Assembly (NCBI GenBank): GCA_016840095.1
Contig: JAEOSZ010000068.1
Span: 1 to 17,382, forward strand
Length of the DNA: 17,382 nt
Reading direction: 5' to 3'
Origin: Candidatus Heimdallarchaeota archaeon
GTDB lineage: Archaea > Asgardarchaeota > Heimdallarchaeia > Heimdallarchaeales > Heimdallarchaeaceae
In this document: one piece after another, positions 14,951-17,382 of the stretch
Numbering within the stretch: position 1 is the stretch's first letter
Layout: each line of letters starts with the position of its first letter
Position numbers and translations under genes: made by a program
Notes under the pieces: model-generated
Told to the model about the DNA's origin: nothing
The model's input: the letters and a program-made list of their open reading frames with translations, nothing else
Databases searched by the model: none

Positions 14951-17382
14951 TCAATTTCTTAGTCTTTTTCTTTTTGAATGTAAGATAGAACTAACAATTA
15001 TCAGAGGTAAGATTGTCAGAAGTATAGCAAATCCTGATGCCTTCTTAGGAATTTCCAGGTATTTGTTAATTGCTCTTAGATTATTTGAGTAATCCTTAGC
15101 TTCGATACGATAATGCATTATACTCTTGTAAAAGTCCTCAGTTGAGATTTCAAATACATAATGAGTTCCATTGTAAGTCATTGGATATGCAGTTCCTAAG
15201 TCTGGATCGCTTGAATCTTTTGTAATTGTTATCAATATACTACTAGTGTTCAAACCAAAATCTGTTATCTTTGCACTGAAGTAAACTTTGTTCTCTGTTG
15301 TGTTTAGGATTGCAGGATCATCATCTATTTCAGGAGCAATCGTATCCTGCAGGATAAACGTATGATTCCAATAATCATGGAACATTGTATCTATTTTATA
15401 CAAAGTCGCTATCATATGATAATCCAAGGTTAAATTATGATCAGCAGGTTGCATTTCAATCGTGAAACTACCATCTAGTTCTACAAATGTTCCTATCTCA
15501 ATCATCGGATCAGGTAAATTATTAACTGCTGTTCTAACTTTGCTTATATCTGAAAGTAAAGTTCCGTTCTCATCTGTCACGAAGAAGTTAATTGTAATTT
15601 CATTATCTGCCTCTAAAGTAGTTGCAGGAGGGGTTGGAACATCAATCATACATTGACTAATTACAATTAGACCATCAGGTGGTGTTGGATACATTCTACC
15701 TTGAGCAAACTCATCAGGCTCTAAAGATGATTTAGCATGTGAAGTTTCCTCCAATATTAGGTCTTCAACATATAGGTTTCCAGTAACTACTCTTGAAGCA
15801 TTCTTTATTTGTATACTGCCTACAACAGGGAAGATGTCCCTAGATGAAAGGATAACCTGAGTACTATACGTGTCTCCAAAATAGATTCCTTTGGGATGTG
15901 TATAAATTGGAGTGTCACCTAAGTAATCATAACCGAGAATTGGTAACTGAGTTGTTTCATTAAGAAAAGTGAGTCTTATCTTCCATATTTCCACTGGTGG
16001 ATCAATAAATGGAATACTCGTAACGAAATCTAAAACCTTCTTTAACCAACTTGGTATAGGTACACCAAGTTTTGCAAGTATCATTATTCCTTTTACTACA
16101 ATATCTTTTACAGTAGTGATGGAGAAAATACATTTTATGGCAGACTTGAGTGCTTTTTTAGCTAGCTTCTCGAGTAGTTTCTTACTGACTCCATCCATAA
16201 CCTTACCTTGAATGAAACCAACAATTTTACCCATGAATTGCTCTACTAAATCCTTACCCATTATAACAGCATCTAAGACATTTTCAACAATATCTAAGAC
16301 TATACTAACATCAAGATCGAATTTTTCTTGTGCTGTATCTGTTGTATGATCTGTAGTATCAAGGGTATCGTATTTTCCTCCAATTTGACCAGCTGTTTGA
16401 TCATAATTTATTGGGTCATAACTACCACCCTCACCGGTATAGTCAATAAACTGCCATGTTCGTATTCTCTGATCTTGTCCATAATATCTATCGAATTCAT
16501 CGAAAACAATTGAACTTAAGGTAGCATTCAATTCTATATAGGTCATGTTTACTAAATCATATGTGTTTAAGAATTGAAGGTATTCATATGACGTGGGGAA
16601 AGGCATTCGTAGTTCTGTTTGACACATTATGTAGAAGTGCGTCTCATCTACTTCAAATTCATCTACTAATCCAATTTTAATGAATGGTTGTAAAAAGTCA
16701 AGTTGAGTACTACCTATAGGTGCAGTTCCTACCAAGCTTCTTACTTCGAAAGTATATCCAAATAAATCGATTTCTTCAATGACAGTTGCCGTTATGTTTA
16801 CATCAGCGTATTCCCATATATCTGGAATTTCATCTTTATTCTCGTCTGCAATGAAGGAAGTAAAACCATGCACCTCAATTGCATCGATAAATGTAAATTG
16901 ATCAGCTGCTACAGAATGATCGATTAATAATAGATATTCCAAGGAAATGTTATCGTAATGAAATGTTATATCTCCACTTCCTGTAACATGAGTTCCGAGA
17001 TATGTGAATTGATCATCGATATATGTTTCATTTGCATCGTTTGTATCAGGTATTGTATAAGGATCTGACCATCCAAAAAGTTCGAATATAGTATCTACTA
17101 GATACAGGTCATCAAAATTCTTCAAAACTAGCATATCACTTATGATAGCTTGTTCCAATCTGAAAAGACCATAATTTATTGGTGAACTATAGTGGTGAAA
17201 TCCTATATAATTTCCATCTGGTTCTCCTATGATAAACTCAGAAGGACCAACATCAGGATGTGTAAAATTATCTGGATCTGAACCTACATTCACAATGAGG
17301 GGTTCATCTGTATAAAGAGTTGCTTGTAATTTTGGTTGAAGTGTATCATCAACTGCTTGAATATTGTCTGACGATTCATCAA
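14951..17382 (-). CDS. Large membrane-anchored surface glycoprotein, 5'-truncated (>809 aa)
   Basis: The frame stays open from 17293 to the window end (DESSDNIQAVDDTLQPKLQATLYTDEPLIVNVG...). Acidic beta-rich domains, about 14 NxS/T sequons, Ca-loop-like DENKDEIPDIWE, and C-terminal KASGF + TM + KRKRLRN anchor. Confidence 0.85.
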   Translation of the reverse strand, partial: DESSDNIQAVDDTLQPKLQATLYTDEPLIVNVGSDPDNFTHPDVGPSEFIIGEPDGNYIGFHHYSSPINYGLFRLEQAIISDMLVLKNFDDLYLVDTIFELFGWSDPYTIPDTNDANETYIDDQFTYLGTHVTGSGDITFHYDNISLEYLLLIDHSVAADQFTFIDAIEVHGFTSFIADENKDEIPDIWEYADVNITATVIEEIDLFGYTFEVRSLVGTAPIGSTQLDFLQPFIKIGLVDEFEVDETHFYIMCQTELRMPFPTSYEYLQFLNTYDLVNMTYIELNATLSSIVFDEFDRYYGQDQRIRTWQFIDYTGEGGSYDPINYDQTAGQIGGKYDTLDTTDHTTDTAQEKFDLDVSIVLDIVENVLDAVIMGKDLVEQFMGKIVGFIQGKVMDGVSKKLLEKLAKKALKSAIKCIFSITTVKDIVVKGIMILAKLGVPIPSWLKKVLDFVTSIPFIDPPVEIWKIRLTFLNETTQLPILGYDYLGDTPIYTHPKGIYFGDTYSTQVILSSRDIFPVVGSIQIKNASRVVTGNLYVEDLILEETSHAKSSLEPDEFAQGRMYPTPPDGLIVISQCMIDVPTPPATTLEADNEITINFFVTDENGTLLSDISKVRTAVNNLPDPMIEIGTFVELDGSFTIEMQPADHNLTLDYHMIATLYKIDTMFHDYWNHTFILQDTIAPEIDDDPAILNTTENKVYFSAKITDFGLNTSSILITITKDSSDPDLGTAYPMTYNGTHYVFEISTEDFYKSIMHYRIEAKDYSNNLRAINKYLEIPKKASGFAILLTILPLIIVSSILHSKRKRLRN

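Noticed and set aside
16395-16420. DPINYDQTAG as an Rhs PxxxxDPxG cleavage motif
   Set aside because: The motif match is incomplete and there are no YD/Rhs repeats upstream; retained only as a generic Asp-Pro observation.
410-16513. Other short overlapping ORFs (410-601, 1319-1618, 2192-2398, 4914-5147, 11272-11562, 13280-13522, 13843-14052, 14751-15092, 15462-15656, 15969-16211, 16328-16513)
   Set aside because: All overlap stronger genes, mostly antisense, and show no recognisable motifs.

Overview
An AT-rich, gene-dense archaeal window, most likely from an Asgard archaeon, possibly Heimdallarchaeia. This is inferred from an Arf-family small GTPase, TATA boxes ~25-30 nt before apparently leaderless ATGs, GGTG/GTGAT-type RBSs, and surface proteins with C-terminal TM+basic-tail anchors. 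Gene order: 3' part of a caspase/metacaspase-like protease; small secreted protein; double-wHTH Lrp/AsnC-like regulator; M20 amidohydrolase; secreted, anchored DJ-1/PfpI protein; patatin; SRPBCC protein preceded by a probable paralog remnant; MFS exporter; VOC protein; radical SAM/SPASM maturase divergent from tungsten aldehyde:ferredoxin oxidoreductase, MoaD and a P-loop kinase; Cys-rich Zn-ribbon protein; Arf-like GTPase; MBL-fold hydrolase; small membrane protein; and a large, 5'-truncated surface protein. No rRNA, tRNA, CRISPR array or mobile element was seen. The best candidate for something undescribed is the large acidic surface protein, which carries an internal cationic amphipathic (bacteriocin/holin-like) module bracketed by Asp-Pro motifs. 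All calls come from reading motifs by eye; no database search was run.
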